Of a stretch of DNA of 64,000 nt, positions 29,676-40,922 are shown piece by piece (the stretch's first letter is position 1; the number at the start of each line of letters is the position of its first letter). Source of the stretch: Candidatus Krumholzibacteriia bacterium (lineage in GTDB: Bacteria > Krumholzibacteriota > Krumholzibacteriia > JAJRXK01); assembly GCA_041484665.1 (NCBI GenBank), contig JBGPIA010000002.1, positions 672,001 to 736,000 on the forward strand. The letters run 5' to 3'. The notes beneath the pieces were generated by a model, which saw only the letters and a program-made list of their open reading frames with translations, ran no database searches and was not told where the DNA came from. The translations under genes were made by a program, and so were the position numbers.

Positions 29676-32405
29676 TCACTTGACCATCCCGATCTTCCTC
29701 GCCTCGCAATGGCCGGATGCGGTGCTGAGCTGCACGAAGTAGACGCCGCTGGGCATCGGCGCGCCGCCATCAGCGCGACCATCCCAGCGCAGCTCGCTGT
29801 GCAGCCCAGCTTCGAGCACCGCGTCGACCAGCGAGCGCACCCTCTGGCCGCGCGCGTTGTAGATCGTCACGGCGGTCCGCTCACGCTGCGCCAGCGTGAA
29901 CAGGATCGTCGTGCTCGGGTTGAACGGGTTGGGCTGGTTGCCCAGCAACCGCGTCAGCCCCGACGGAACCGGCGGCGTCGGCGTGCTGTAGTCGACGGGC
30001 AGCCCCGGCGTCGCGGTATCGCCGCAGCCGAAGACGTGGCCGCCCGTCCCCCAGTTGGCCGCGTCGGTGTTATCGCCGAGCTCGTTCCACTGCATCGACG
30101 AGCCGTTGGGAATCGGCCAGGGCACCGCCCCGGTATAGTCCACCTCGTCGACCACGGTTCCCGCCGGGTTCAGCAGGATGATCTCGTCGGCCGCGTTGCC
30201 CAGCGCGAAGTTGGCGTACTGGTAGAACGGTGTGATCCCCTGCCCGGTCAGTGTCGCGGAATCGCGGGCGAAGACCACGTATTGGCCGGCGTTGATCAAG
30301 AGCGGCCCGCCGTTGCTGATCACGTGGAGGTCGGCGCCGGTGTCCTTCATCGTCCAGCCGTCGAGGTCGATGGTGACCGCGCCGTGGTTGCGCACCTCGA
30401 ACCACTCAGCGAGGTTGTCGGCCACGCAGAGTGGGTTCTGCATGATCTCGGTGATCTGGATCGCGCCCACGCCCAGGCTCGGATCCCGGATCACCGCCGT
30501 GGTGTTGGCAGCGATCGTGGCGCCGCCCAGGTCCTTCACATTGTTGACCCGCACCGAGTGCGAGATGCCGGCCGGCACGTTGGCGGCCAGCGTCAGCAGC
30601 ACCTGCGAGTCGGGCACCTGCACCGCGGCGCTGGTAACCGCAATCGTGGTGGCAGGACTGGAAGTCCGGAACACCACGTAATTGCCGGCCGTATTGCCCG
30701 AGACCGGATCGATGCTCTCATTGAACGTCAGCGTGACCTGATTGGCCGCGGTCAGCACTGCGTTGGTCAAGAGCGGCGGCGGGTTGCCCCCCGTCAGCGC
30801 GATGCCGGCCGCCTCGCCCACCAGGATCTCCCCCTGGCCGGTGAAGGTGCTGCCCGCGCCGCGCCCGACGATTTGATCGTTCAGGTGGAACGCAGTGTCG
30901 AGGTCGGCGCGCAGGTCGTCGTCCACGCGCACGATCACAGGCCCGCTGCCGTCGCTGATCGTAAAATTGTGGGCGGTGGTGCCCGCAGTGCCCGTGATCG
31001 CGATGGCCGTGATGACGCCCGTGGACTGGACGTAGGTGCCCTCGTTCCCGGGCGCGGCGGCGGCCGCCGTGCTCGGCTGGACGGCTGGCGTCCGCGGCGG
31101 GTTGCCGGTGCTGACCAGCTGGATGTCGTACTGCTCCAGCTCGACTGTGGTCGTGCTGAAGATGATCACCGTGCCGGTGATCTGCACGATGTTGGAGACG
31201 TCGTTCAGCAGAGTCTGCCCGAAGCTGCCGCCGTCACCGAAGATGTTGATTCCGCGGCCCGAGCCATCCTGCACGTAGGCGCTGGTGGCGTTGCCAGGGC
31301 CCTTGTAATCGCCGGGAACGTACACCTGGGCCTGGATCTGCACCTGCGTGCCGGTGTAGGTCCCGAGGTTCGCGTGGATCGTCGCGATGGGAGTGATCAC
31401 GTCGTTCTTCACGGTGTACGTGTTGGTCGTGGCCGGCGCGCCAGCGGGGCTCACCGAGAGGGCGCCCAGGTTGTCCTGCGCCTGAACGTAGTAGTCGACG
31501 ACCGTGTTGAGCGCCTGGCCGGGGATGGCCGCCTTGTGGGTGGTTCCGCTGTCCAGGGGCATCGCCACCGAGGTGAATCCGCCCCCGTTGATGCGGTAGT
31601 ACAGCGTGACCGAGCCCACGGTGCCGTCGATGTCGGAGACGTCGGCCTGGACGGTCGCGACTTCCGCGGGATTCACCACGAAGGGCCGCTGCGCCAGGTT
31701 GGTGATGGTCGGGGCCTGATTGCCGCAGCTGTTCGCCGCGCCAGGGGTGTCGTTGCCGACCGGCGGCAAGCCGTCCTGGCCCGCGTTCCATGTGCTTCCG
31801 CACTTGTGGACGTGCATGGGCGCTGCGCCCCCGGGGCCGGGCCCGACGGTCGTGGTGCAGTACACACGTTCGCTGGTCCCGGCCGCGCCGGTACACGCGA
31901 TGGTGTAATTGCCCACGAGCGCGACGCAGTCGACGATGCTGGTCCAGGGCGTGATATCCAGGACGCCGTCGTCGTTGGTGTCGAGGTCCTGAAGGGCAGC
32001 GCCGGTGAAGTTGGTGACCAGCATGTGGGTCACGTTGTCGGAGTTCTCGAAGGTCAGAGCGACGGTCGCGTCGTACCCGGCCAGGGCCGGAATGTCACCG
32101 GTCCTTACGGCGGAAAAGAAACCATCGGGCTGGATCGCGAAGGCGCTGAGGTCCACGGCCATCTCGACGACACCGCAGCCGCCCGCGGGGCTGTCACCGA
32201 GCACGACGTACCAGACCCCGGTGAGCGCCTCGGCCGGCGTACCGGCCAGCTCGAAGTACTCGTCGGAATCGGTGCCGGGGTTGTCGGTGCGGATCTCGCT
32301 GATGGTCACCGCGGCCGACGCGGCAGCGGCGAAGAGAAGCATCGCCCCCATCAGGGGCAAGACCCTGAGCCAGCGCTGGGCCAGGGTGGAAGGCATGAGG
32401 ATCAT
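29676..32405 (-). CDS. Secreted lamin-tail/Ig/OB-fold multidomain protein with FlgD-Ig/T9SS-like C-terminal domain
   Basis: Two LTD-like domains (ISEI..D...EYFEL; ITEIM.NP...EWFEV.N), OB-fold 'YVQD..G.GI', C-terminal PNPFNPSTTI...IYNARG..VR.L...WDG...SGVYF. Confidence 0.85.
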   Translation of the reverse strand: MILMPSTLAQRWLRVLPLMGAMLLFAAAASAAVTISEIRTDNPGTDSDEYFELAGTPAEALTGVWYVVLGDSPAGGCGVVEMAVDLSAFAIQPDGFFSAVRTGDIPALAGYDATVALTFENSDNVTHMLVTNFTGAALQDLDTNDDGVLDITPWTSIVDCVALVGNYTIACTGAAGTSERVYCTTTVGPGPGGAAPMHVHKCGSTWNAGQDGLPPVGNDTPGAANSCGNQAPTITNLAQRPFVVNPAEVATVQADVSDIDGTVGSVTLYYRINGGGFTSVAMPLDSGTTHKAAIPGQALNTVVDYYVQAQDNLGALSVSPAGAPATTNTYTVKNDVITPIATIHANLGTYTGTQVQIQAQVYVPGDYKGPGNATSAYVQDGSGRGINIFGDGGSFGQTLLNDVSNIVQITGTVIIFSTTTVELEQYDIQLVSTGNPPRTPAVQPSTAAAAAPGNEGTYVQSTGVITAIAITGTAGTTAHNFTISDGSGPVIVRVDDDLRADLDTAFHLNDQIVGRGAGSTFTGQGEILVGEAAGIALTGGNPPPLLTNAVLTAANQVTLTFNESIDPVSGNTAGNYVVFRTSSPATTIAVTSAAVQVPDSQVLLTLAANVPAGISHSVRVNNVKDLGGATIAANTTAVIRDPSLGVGAIQITEIMQNPLCVADNLAEWFEVRNHGAVTIDLDGWTMKDTGADLHVISNGGPLLINAGQYVVFARDSATLTGQGITPFYQYANFALGNAADEIILLNPAGTVVDEVDYTGAVPWPIPNGSSMQWNELGDNTDAANWGTGGHVFGCGDTATPGLPVDYSTPTPPVPSGLTRLLGNQPNPFNPSTTILFTLAQRERTAVTIYNARGQRVRSLVDAVLEAGLHSELRWDGRADGGAPMPSGVYFVQLSTASGHCEARKIGMVK

Positions 32406-32649
32406 GGGAGGCTCCCCCAACTCGCTAGAGGGTGGTCGGCAGTTGCAAGCCCTTGCCGATGCGACAACGCTGCATGCGGGGCACGCGTGTGGGCGGGGGT
32501 CGGTCGGGCCGGGCCCCGGATCCAGCCGTCGGTCGCTGGCTGGAGCGACTGGAGTATAGTACGCGGCAACCAGCGGTGAAAGCGGCAGGACACGAAGCGA
32601 CAGGCGTTCCCGAATACCGACGTCCCGGACCAAAAACGCTCGTGACAGC

Positions 32650-34677
32650 CTACCCGACGGGGGTTGTGTCCTTTGCGGAAGCACCCGCACCGGACTCCGA
32701 TCCGGACGCTGCCGCAGGCGCGGCCACAGGCGCCGGCGAGGCCTCCTCCTCCACCCACTGCGGATGGTGGTGGCGCGCGTGTGCCGCGGGCATCGTGCCG
32801 CGGAACATGGCGAAGCTCAGCGGGTAGATCTCCGGATGGGCGATGACGTAGAAGAAGTGGAACACCAGGATCGCCAGAGTCGCCAGCCATGCCTCGAACA
32901 GATGAATGACCTGGCTCACCTTCACGATCCAGAACGGGAAGAGCGAGGTGGCCCACACCGGGAACCACAGCACGAACCCCGTGAGCGCCATGACGACGGT
33001 GCCCCACACCAGCGCCCAATATTCCGCCTTGGCGGGGTAATCGTACTTGGCGAAGGCCGCGGGCAGGTCGCTGCGGCCGAGGTGGAAGCGGAGATTCTGG
33101 CGCAGTTGGTCCCAATCGCGCAGCCGCGGCAGGATGCGGCGGATCTCCGCGCGGCCATAGGGCGTGAACAGCGCCCAGATCACGTGCTGCAACCCCGCTG
33201 CGATCATCACGAGCGCCGCGACGCGGTGGACCCAACGGCGCGTGGACTCGGTCAGCCCCAGCTGCAGGAAGAGCCGGCTCCACCACGTGTCGGGATAGGC
33301 CAGCATAAATCCGGTGAACACGAGGGTGAAGAAGCTGACGGTCAAGATCGCGTGCTGCGCCATCTGCGTGCGGCTGAAGCGCAGGCGCTCCGGCCCCGCG
33401 CGCTCGTCGCGCAGGCGGCGGCGCACGTGCCACGACAGGATGATCGCGTTGTGCGCGAGCATCCCGCCGATCACGGCGAACAGCAGCACCCAGTAGACGC
33501 GGCTCACCCAGCGCGCGATGACCACGTCCTGGGAGGCCTCGCCCGTGGCCTGGAAGTGCACCGGCCCCCGCGTGAACTGCACGCTCGCGCCGGGGTGGCA
33601 GCCGCCGCAGGTGGTCTGCAGGTTGGCCGCGGCCACGCGTGACCGCGGATCCGAGGACGGATAGATCGCGTGGATCCCGTGGCAGCTCGCGCAGTCGGCG
33701 ACCCGCTCGCTGCCGCGCTTGCTGGCCAGTCCGTGGTAGCTCCCGAAGTAGCTGGCGACACGCTGGTCCTTCACACCACGGGCGCTGGTGAGCGCGTCGC
33801 TGGCGTGGCAGGCGGGACACGTCGTACGCACCAGCCGCTCTTCGGCGGGCGTAGCGCCCGCGGCCGCCACCAACTTGATGGTGTGGATGCCGTGGCAGTC
33901 GGGGCAGGTGGGCGCCGCCGTCACGCCGCGCGCCGCGGCCAGCCCGTGCACCGAGCCGGAGAAGTCCGCAAACTCCTGCTTGTGGCAGAGGCCGCAGGTC
34001 GCGGGCACGTTGAACGGATTGATGGGCGAGGAAGGGTCCTTGGCCAGCTTGATGTCGTGCGATCCATGGCAGTCGGTGCACACTGCCGGCTTGGCGTTGG
34101 GATCCTCCAGCTTCAGCCCGTGCACGCTCTTCTGATAGTCGTCGAACGGCGCCGTGGTCAGACCGCCCGGTCCGACGATCGCGAGGTCCTGGTGGCAGCT
34201 ACCGCAGGTCTTGGGGATGTTGCGGAAGTAAACCCTGCTCTGCGCGTCGTCGACCGCGCGCACGTCGTGCACGCCGTGGCACTTGGCGCATGGATCCGCC
34301 GCCGGGAACGGCGAGCTGCCGTTGCGCTTGTCGCCGATGTGGCCGTGGACGCTTCCGGCGAAGGCCTTTGCGGCGTCCGCGTGGCAAGTGGAGCAGCGCG
34401 CAGGAGCCGCGTCTGGCGCGTGCGGGAAGTCACCCTTGCCCGCGTGGCAGTCGATGCAGCCCAGGCCCGCCGCGGCGTGGATCGAGGCGGCGAACGCCGC
34501 TGCATCCACGCGGTGCTGCGCGTCGAGGTCGACCACGTCGGCGCCGGCGCCGTGGCAGCCCAGGCAGTCATCGTTTCCGGCGGCCCGCGCGGGGGCAGCG
34601 CCGGTGCGCACCGCCCCCGCCAGGACGAGAACCAGGGTCACGACGCCGGGCAGGCCCGGATGCGGGAGGATTCTCAT
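32650..34677 (-). CDS. CbcL-like multiheme c-cytochrome fused to a cytochrome b membrane domain (11 CxxCH)
   Basis: Signal peptide, 11 CxxCH counted, TM region with FdnI-type His ligands (QH, HR, QH, IH..EA.LA, FH) and 'K.EYWALVWG'. Confidence 0.85.
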   Translation of the reverse strand: MRILPHPGLPGVVTLVLVLAGAVRTGAAPARAAGNDDCLGCHGAGADVVDLDAQHRVDAAAFAASIHAAAGLGCIDCHAGKGDFPHAPDAAPARCSTCHADAAKAFAGSVHGHIGDKRNGSSPFPAADPCAKCHGVHDVRAVDDAQSRVYFRNIPKTCGSCHQDLAIVGPGGLTTAPFDDYQKSVHGLKLEDPNAKPAVCTDCHGSHDIKLAKDPSSPINPFNVPATCGLCHKQEFADFSGSVHGLAAARGVTAAPTCPDCHGIHTIKLVAAAGATPAEERLVRTTCPACHASDALTSARGVKDQRVASYFGSYHGLASKRGSERVADCASCHGIHAIYPSSDPRSRVAAANLQTTCGGCHPGASVQFTRGPVHFQATGEASQDVVIARWVSRVYWVLLFAVIGGMLAHNAIILSWHVRRRLRDERAGPERLRFSRTQMAQHAILTVSFFTLVFTGFMLAYPDTWWSRLFLQLGLTESTRRWVHRVAALVMIAAGLQHVIWALFTPYGRAEIRRILPRLRDWDQLRQNLRFHLGRSDLPAAFAKYDYPAKAEYWALVWGTVVMALTGFVLWFPVWATSLFPFWIVKVSQVIHLFEAWLATLAILVFHFFYVIAHPEIYPLSFAMFRGTMPAAHARHHHPQWVEEEASPAPVAAPAAASGSESGAGASAKDTTPVG

Positions 34678-34732
34678 GATGGTCCGGGCCCCGGCGAGCC
34701 CGAACGCCCACCGGATCGCGCGCCCGTCGTCC

Positions 34733-35329
34733 TCAGGACTTGGGCTTCGTCTCCGGCTTCGCCTCGGCCGCCTTCGGATACGGATGCGCAATCACCGCGC
34801 TCATCTTCGCGAAGTCGAAGGGCTTGTAGGTCGGGCTCTTCTCGTTGTGGCAGGTCTTGCAGGTGGCCTCGGTGGGCATCACCAGTCCGGCCGCGATCGC
34901 CTTCGCCTTGTCCTTCATCGTGCTGATATCCTTGTAGTCGGAGCCGGGGCCGTGGCAGCTCTCGCAGCCCACGCCATCTTCCTTCTTGAACTTGAGCCCG
35001 ATCAGCTCGGACTTCACCCCGCACGCGGTGACGTGGCAGGAGAGGCACTTCTCGCTCTGCTGGGGGTCGCCCGTCACTCCGGCCTTGGCCGCGACCTCCT
35101 TGGCCTTGGGGTCGGCCAGGACGGCGTAGGCCTTGGCGTGCGGGCTGGCGAGCCACTTGCCGTACTGATCGCCCTTGGCGGCCACCTTGTGGCACAGCTT
35201 GCACCCGTCGGTTCCGATGTAGGAGTGGTCCTTCTTCGCCGCCGGCGGCGGCGCCTGAGCGAAGGCGGCAGGCACGGCAATCAGCGTGCACAGGAGCAGG
35301 GCCAGCGCGGCGAGCGCGATCTTCCTCAT
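34733..35329 (-). CDS. Periplasmic tetraheme cytochrome c554-like protein
   Basis: Signal peptide; YIG...CKLCH, CLSCH, GVGCESCHGPGS, CKTCH. Confidence 0.88.
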   Translation of the reverse strand: MRKIALAALALLLCTLIAVPAAFAQAPPPAAKKDHSYIGTDGCKLCHKVAAKGDQYGKWLASPHAKAYAVLADPKAKEVAAKAGVTGDPQQSEKCLSCHVTACGVKSELIGLKFKKEDGVGCESCHGPGSDYKDISTMKDKAKAIAAGLVMPTEATCKTCHNEKSPTYKPFDFAKMSAVIAHPYPKAAEAKPETKPKS

Positions 35330-35469
35330 GGTTCTCTACCTTCCTGCTGGACATCCCATCCCGGTGCCTCGCGCCGGGCGCGCGGGCGGGCCGGGACACC
35401 ACATTCCCACCCCCAAAGATTCGACCTGCGCCCCGGCTTTGCAAGTAAAGCTTGGGGAGCGCGTAACCC

Positions 35470-36084
35470 TCAACCGTCGTTGGGGTTGGAGGCGCGCAGC
35501 GAGCGGACCGCCCCGGCGCAGCTGCCACAGAACGCATCAGGCTTGAGGTCGACCTCCTCCACCACCGTGGAGAATCGCATCACGCAATCCAGCGCGCGGC
35601 AGTGGTGCAAGCCGAGCAGATGGCCCACCTCGTGGAGCGCCTCGCGGCGGGCGCGGCCCCGCAGCAGGGCATCGTCGGGCGGCAGCCCGTAGAAGGAGGG
35701 ACGCAGTCGTTGCAGCGAGAACAGCGCGGCGTTGCCGGCCGGGCGCGCCTCGCCGAACACGTGGGTGAACACCGAGGAGTACAGATCGAGGTCGGCCACG
35801 CCCAGCGCCGCGAACCGCAGTACGGTAGGCTGCTGCGCGGCGGCGCCCAGCGCCCCGGGCTGCAGCGCGGTGGGCTGCTGCGCGGCGGCGGCGCGCTGCT
35901 CGAGCTGTACCAGCAGCTTGCGCGCATCCAGTTGGCGCCGCGCAGCCACGTACGCCAAAGCGGGATCCACCACGTCCAAGGCGACGCTGCAGGGGCGCCC
36001 GATGCTCTGCGCAAGGAACGCGGCGAGGTGGGCCAGGATCTCCCGCGGCGCTTCGCCGATGGCGATCAGCGACAGCCGCTCCAC
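35470..36084 (-). CDS. Archaemetzincin family Zn metalloprotease (M54)
   Basis: HEVGHLLGLHHC....CVM.FS..VEEVD.K...FC..C; VFGEA. Confidence 0.92.
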   Translation of the reverse strand: MERLSLIAIGEAPREILAHLAAFLAQSIGRPCSVALDVVDPALAYVAARRQLDARKLLVQLEQRAAAAQQPTALQPGALGAAAQQPTVLRFAALGVADLDLYSSVFTHVFGEARPAGNAALFSLQRLRPSFYGLPPDDALLRGRARREALHEVGHLLGLHHCRALDCVMRFSTVVEEVDLKPDAFCGSCAGAVRSLRASNPNDG

Positions 36085-36087
36085 GGC

Positions 36088-37449
<1,362 letters not shown>

Positions 37450-37452
37450 GCC

Positions 37453-39282
37453 TCATCCCCTTGATACCGGCGTGCCCGAGAGCGCCTGTGCGGTCGATTC
37501 CGCCTGCAGTGCCGGCGTGACCGGCAACTCGATCCAGAAGGTCGTCCCCCGTGCGACCTCCGACCTGAAGTCGACCCGCCCCTGATGCCGCTGCACGATC
37601 CCGTACAGCACCGAGAGGCCCAGGCCCGTGCCTTGGCCGTGGGCCTTGGTGGAGAAGAAGGGCTCGAAGATGCGTTCGCGGAGCTCGGCCGGGATCCCTA
37701 CGCCAGTGTCGGCCACCTCGACGCGCACCCATGAGCCATCGCGCAGCCGCTGCGTGCTCACCGTGAGCGAGCCGCCGTCGGGCATGGCCTCGATTGCGTT
37801 CATGATCATCGCCACCATGGCCTGCTCGACCTGACCGGCATCGCAGATTACCGGCGGCAGCTCCGCATCGAGCTGCGTGGCCACCGCAATCTCCTGCAGC
37901 TCCACCTGGTGATTGAGCAGCTTCAGGCTGCGCCGGACGATCTCGTTGACGTCCTCCGGCGACGCGGACAGGTCGCGGCGCCTGGAGAACAGCAGCAGGT
38001 TGCGCACGATGTCCCCGCAGCGGGCCGCCTCGCGCTCGATCATGACCAAGGTCTCGGCGAGCTCCTGCTCGGCCGCCGAGGCCGCGGGCGGCGACGCCGG
38101 GGGCGGGCTCCCCGGTGCGGTCGCGGCCGGCAGCGCCGCGCCAGGCACCGCGGCGGGTGGCAGTACGGCGAGCGCCCCGCTGACCGGATCGCGGCCGCAG
38201 ACGCGAGGCAGCTTGCGCCGCACGAGCTTGGCGGACACGAGGATGCCGGCCAGCGGGTTGTTGATCTCGTGGGCAACGATCGCGGCCAGCTTGCCCAACG
38301 ATGCCATCTTCTCCGCGAACACCATCTGGTCGCGGGCGCGCTCGAGCTCGTGCGTCTTCTGCGCGACGCGCTCCTCGAGCGTGTGGCTCCACTGGTCCAG
38401 CTCGGCACGGGCGTGCTCGAGGCTCTCGGCCATCTCGTTGAACGAGCGCGAGAGCTCCTGCAGCTCGCCGGTGGCCACCGCCGGGATGCGATGCGAGAGG
38501 TCACCGCGCGCGAGCTGGCGGGTGCCGCGCAGCAGCGCGGCGATCGGCGGATCGACCACGCGCCACGCGATCAGCCCGACGCTGGCGCAGATCAGCACTA
38601 TGCTCAGCAGCACCAGCAGGGCCATCTGCCGCCCCGCGCTGGTCATGGCCGCGTCCAGCTGCGCCATAGAGAGCTCCACGTCCAACAGCCCCAGCACGCG
38701 CTGACTGGCGGGGTGCATGTGGCAACCCGCCGACGAGCACTCCGGCCGGTTGAGCACCGGCACGGCCAGCCCCAGCGCCTGCGCGCCGCTGGGCAGCGGG
38801 TAGAACGACAGCCCTTCGCGCAGCGTGGCCGGTGCGCGCGGCGTGCCGCCCTGGTGGCAGGAGCGGCAGGCGGGGGCGCTGACGTCGGCGACGCGTCCCA
38901 CCTCGCCCGGGCGGCTCGAGTAGCTGACGGTGCCGCTCGCGTTCACGAGTCTTACCGCCAGGACGCGGTCGCGGCCGCCGATGATCTCGATGATCTGCCG
39001 CAGGTGCTCGCGGTCGTTCTCCAGCATGGACGCGTGCGTGCTGGCGAGGATCGTCTCACCCATGCCCATGGCGGTCTGCTCGAGGGTCTGGACCAGGTGC
39101 TGCCGATGCAGGCGCAGCGTCAGGAAGCCGGTGGCGCCCAGCAGCGCCACGAGGCTGCCGCTGAGCAGCAGGACGAGCCGCCAGGCGAGACTGCGGCGGA
39201 TCGGCAGGAGCCACACCACGAGCCCTGCGCGGCGCGGGGGGCGCGGGAGGGCGCCGCTGGGCCGATCCGGGCGAGTCGCCAT
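37453..39282 (-). CDS. Sensor histidine kinase with heme-c motifs in the periplasmic domain (HAMP-HisKA-HATPase)
   Basis: Two TMs flanking CRSCH and [29 protein letters not shown] and GTGLGL motifs. Confidence 0.93.
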   Translation of the reverse strand: MATRPDRPSGALPRPPRRAGLVVWLLPIRRSLAWRLVLLLSGSLVALLGATGFLTLRLHRQHLVQTLEQTAMGMGETILASTHASMLENDREHLRQIIEIIGGRDRVLAVRLVNASGTVSYSSRPGEVGRVADVSAPACRSCHQGGTPRAPATLREGLSFYPLPSGAQALGLAVPVLNRPECSSAGCHMHPASQRVLGLLDVELSMAQLDAAMTSAGRQMALLVLLSIVLICASVGLIAWRVVDPPIAALLRGTRQLARGDLSHRIPAVATGELQELSRSFNEMAESLEHARAELDQWSHTLEERVAQKTHELERARDQMVFAEKMASLGKLAAIVAHEINNPLAGILVSAKLVRRKLPRVCGRDPVSGALAVLPPAAVPGAALPAATAPGSPPPASPPAASAAEQELAETLVMIEREAARCGDIVRNLLLFSRRRDLSASPEDVNEIVRRSLKLLNHQVELQEIAVATQLDAELPPVICDAGQVEQAMVAMIMNAIEAMPDGGSLTVSTQRLRDGSWVRVEVADTGVGIPAELRERIFEPFFSTKAHGQGTGLGLSVLYGIVQRHQGRVDFRSEVARGTTFWIELPVTPALQAESTAQALSGTPVSRG

Positions 39283-39600
39283 GGCACCGTCCCTCCGATT
39301 CTGTGATCCGCCGGGCCGACCGGCGGCAGCGCACGCGACCGGCGCTCGCGTGCCCGGCCGCGCCGCTGCAACAGGCGCCGGCGCCTCGAATCTAGGGCGT
39401 GCGCATGGCGCGTCCAAACCGCCTGTGTGCCCTGCTATGACCGCCGGATCCGCCCGGTCGATGTTGTGGGGCGCACTGGCGGGCGGGCCGGTGCGCCGGG
39501 TGGTCGCCGCACCCTCCCCAGGACGGCGCAACCCCGGGCGCTCTGGCGCAAGGGCGCCGCACCCGGGGCGCAACGATGGGAAGAAAGCCCGGCGCGCCGA

Positions 39601-40920
39601 TCAGACCATCGGCGTCTCGGGGCGGGCCAGCGCGGCCGCGGACGCTGCCACGGGCGGCGAGGCCGGCACCGCAGCGGCGCCCACGTGCCTCTGCCACGCG
39701 ATCTCCTGCGCCCAGAGCCATTCGCGCTGCTGCTGCTCGTCCGCCGCGGCCTCGAACACGGGCAGGAACCGCCCAGCCAGGTTGAACAGGGTCACGCCGA
39801 TGGTGATCAGCATGAGGGTGATCGCCACCTCGGTCCAGGCCGGCACGTAGGTGACGCCGCTCATCGCCTCGAAACCGGTGATCGAAACGTCGAGGCGGTA
39901 CACAATGAAACCCAGGATCAAGAGCTGCGCCGACCGGTACATCCAGCGCGCGTTGCCGCGGATGCGCGGGGAGGCCAGCAGGATCATGGGCACGAGGAAG
40001 CCCACGATTACCTCGACCAGGAAGAACACCCCCGCACGGTTCAGCGGCCACAGGCTGCGCAGGGCGCCGCGGTAGATCAGGTCCAGGAAGCGGATGCTCA
40101 GGAACACGCCCGCCATCACGGCGGCGCCGCGCGCGGCCCCCCGCAGCACTTCCATCTCGATGTAGCGCCCGAACGCGCGCGCGCTGAGGTTCGACTCCAC
40201 GATGACCATGGCCAGGCCGGCCGCCACGGCCGAGGTGAAGAACAAGACCGGCAGGAGCATGGAGTACCACAGCGGGTGCAGCCGCCCGGGCATGATCAGG
40301 AACAGGCTCCCCAGCGACGACTGGTGCAGCATGGACAGCAGCACGGCCATGATCGTGAGCGGGAAGGTGAGCAGATGCGCGATGCGCGTGGCGCGCGGCC
40401 AACGCAATCGCTCGAACACCATCGCGGACACCTCCGCCGCCAGCACGATGGTGTACAGCGTGACGCACCACGCTACCTCGAACATCACCGAGTGGGGGTT
40501 CCACATCACCAACGGGTGCCAGATGTTCCAGGGCCGTCCCAGATCGAACATCAGCCCGCCGATCACCAGCAGGTATCCGATGAAGGCCGTGAGTACGGCG
40601 GGACGGGCCAGGGCCTTGTAACGCTCCAGCCGGAACACGTAGACCATCGCGCTAAGCGTGAAGCCGCCCGCGGCCAGGCCCACACCGCACAGCACGTCGA
40701 ATCCGATCCACAGCCCCCACGGGAAGGCGTCGGACAGGTGCGTGCTGCCGGCCAGCCCGCGCGTGAAGCGCAGGACCCCCGAGTACAGCCCCGCGCTCAA
40801 GCAGATTAGGCCAAGGACCCGCCACGGCTGCAGCAGCGCGCGCAGCATGGCGCGGCTTCGTGGGGGCGCGGATCCCTGCGGCTTTCGGGCCGCGACTTCG
40901 TTCCCATCCCAGCGGGTCAT
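39601..40920 (-). CDS. NrfD/HybB-family integral membrane quinone-interacting subunit
   Basis: PWGLWIGFDVLCGV.LAAGG, DLGRPW, SVMFEV..C and LS.LHQSSLG motifs; about 10 TMs. Confidence 0.92.
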   Translation of the reverse strand: MTRWDGNEVAARKPQGSAPPRSRAMLRALLQPWRVLGLICLSAGLYSGVLRFTRGLAGSTHLSDAFPWGLWIGFDVLCGVGLAAGGFTLSAMVYVFRLERYKALARPAVLTAFIGYLLVIGGLMFDLGRPWNIWHPLVMWNPHSVMFEVAWCVTLYTIVLAAEVSAMVFERLRWPRATRIAHLLTFPLTIMAVLLSMLHQSSLGSLFLIMPGRLHPLWYSMLLPVLFFTSAVAAGLAMVIVESNLSARAFGRYIEMEVLRGAARGAAVMAGVFLSIRFLDLIYRGALRSLWPLNRAGVFFLVEVIVGFLVPMILLASPRIRGNARWMYRSAQLLILGFIVYRLDVSITGFEAMSGVTYVPAWTEVAITLMLITIGVTLFNLAGRFLPVFEAAADEQQQREWLWAQEIAWQRHVGAAAVPASPPVAASAAALARPETPMV

Positions 40921-40922
40921 GG

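Noticed and set aside
32442..32460. Sigma54-like element upstream of the lamin-tail gene (CGGCAAGGGCTTGCA)
   Set aside because: GG-to-GC spacing is 9 nt, not the required 10
29382..32579. 1065-aa plus-strand ORF and similar long ORFs (2077-3822, 4410-6563, 18540-20594, 35602-37464, 45898-47946, 56405-58492)
   Set aside because: Antisense shadows of well-supported genes; stop codons are rare at this GC content and the translations carry no family motifs
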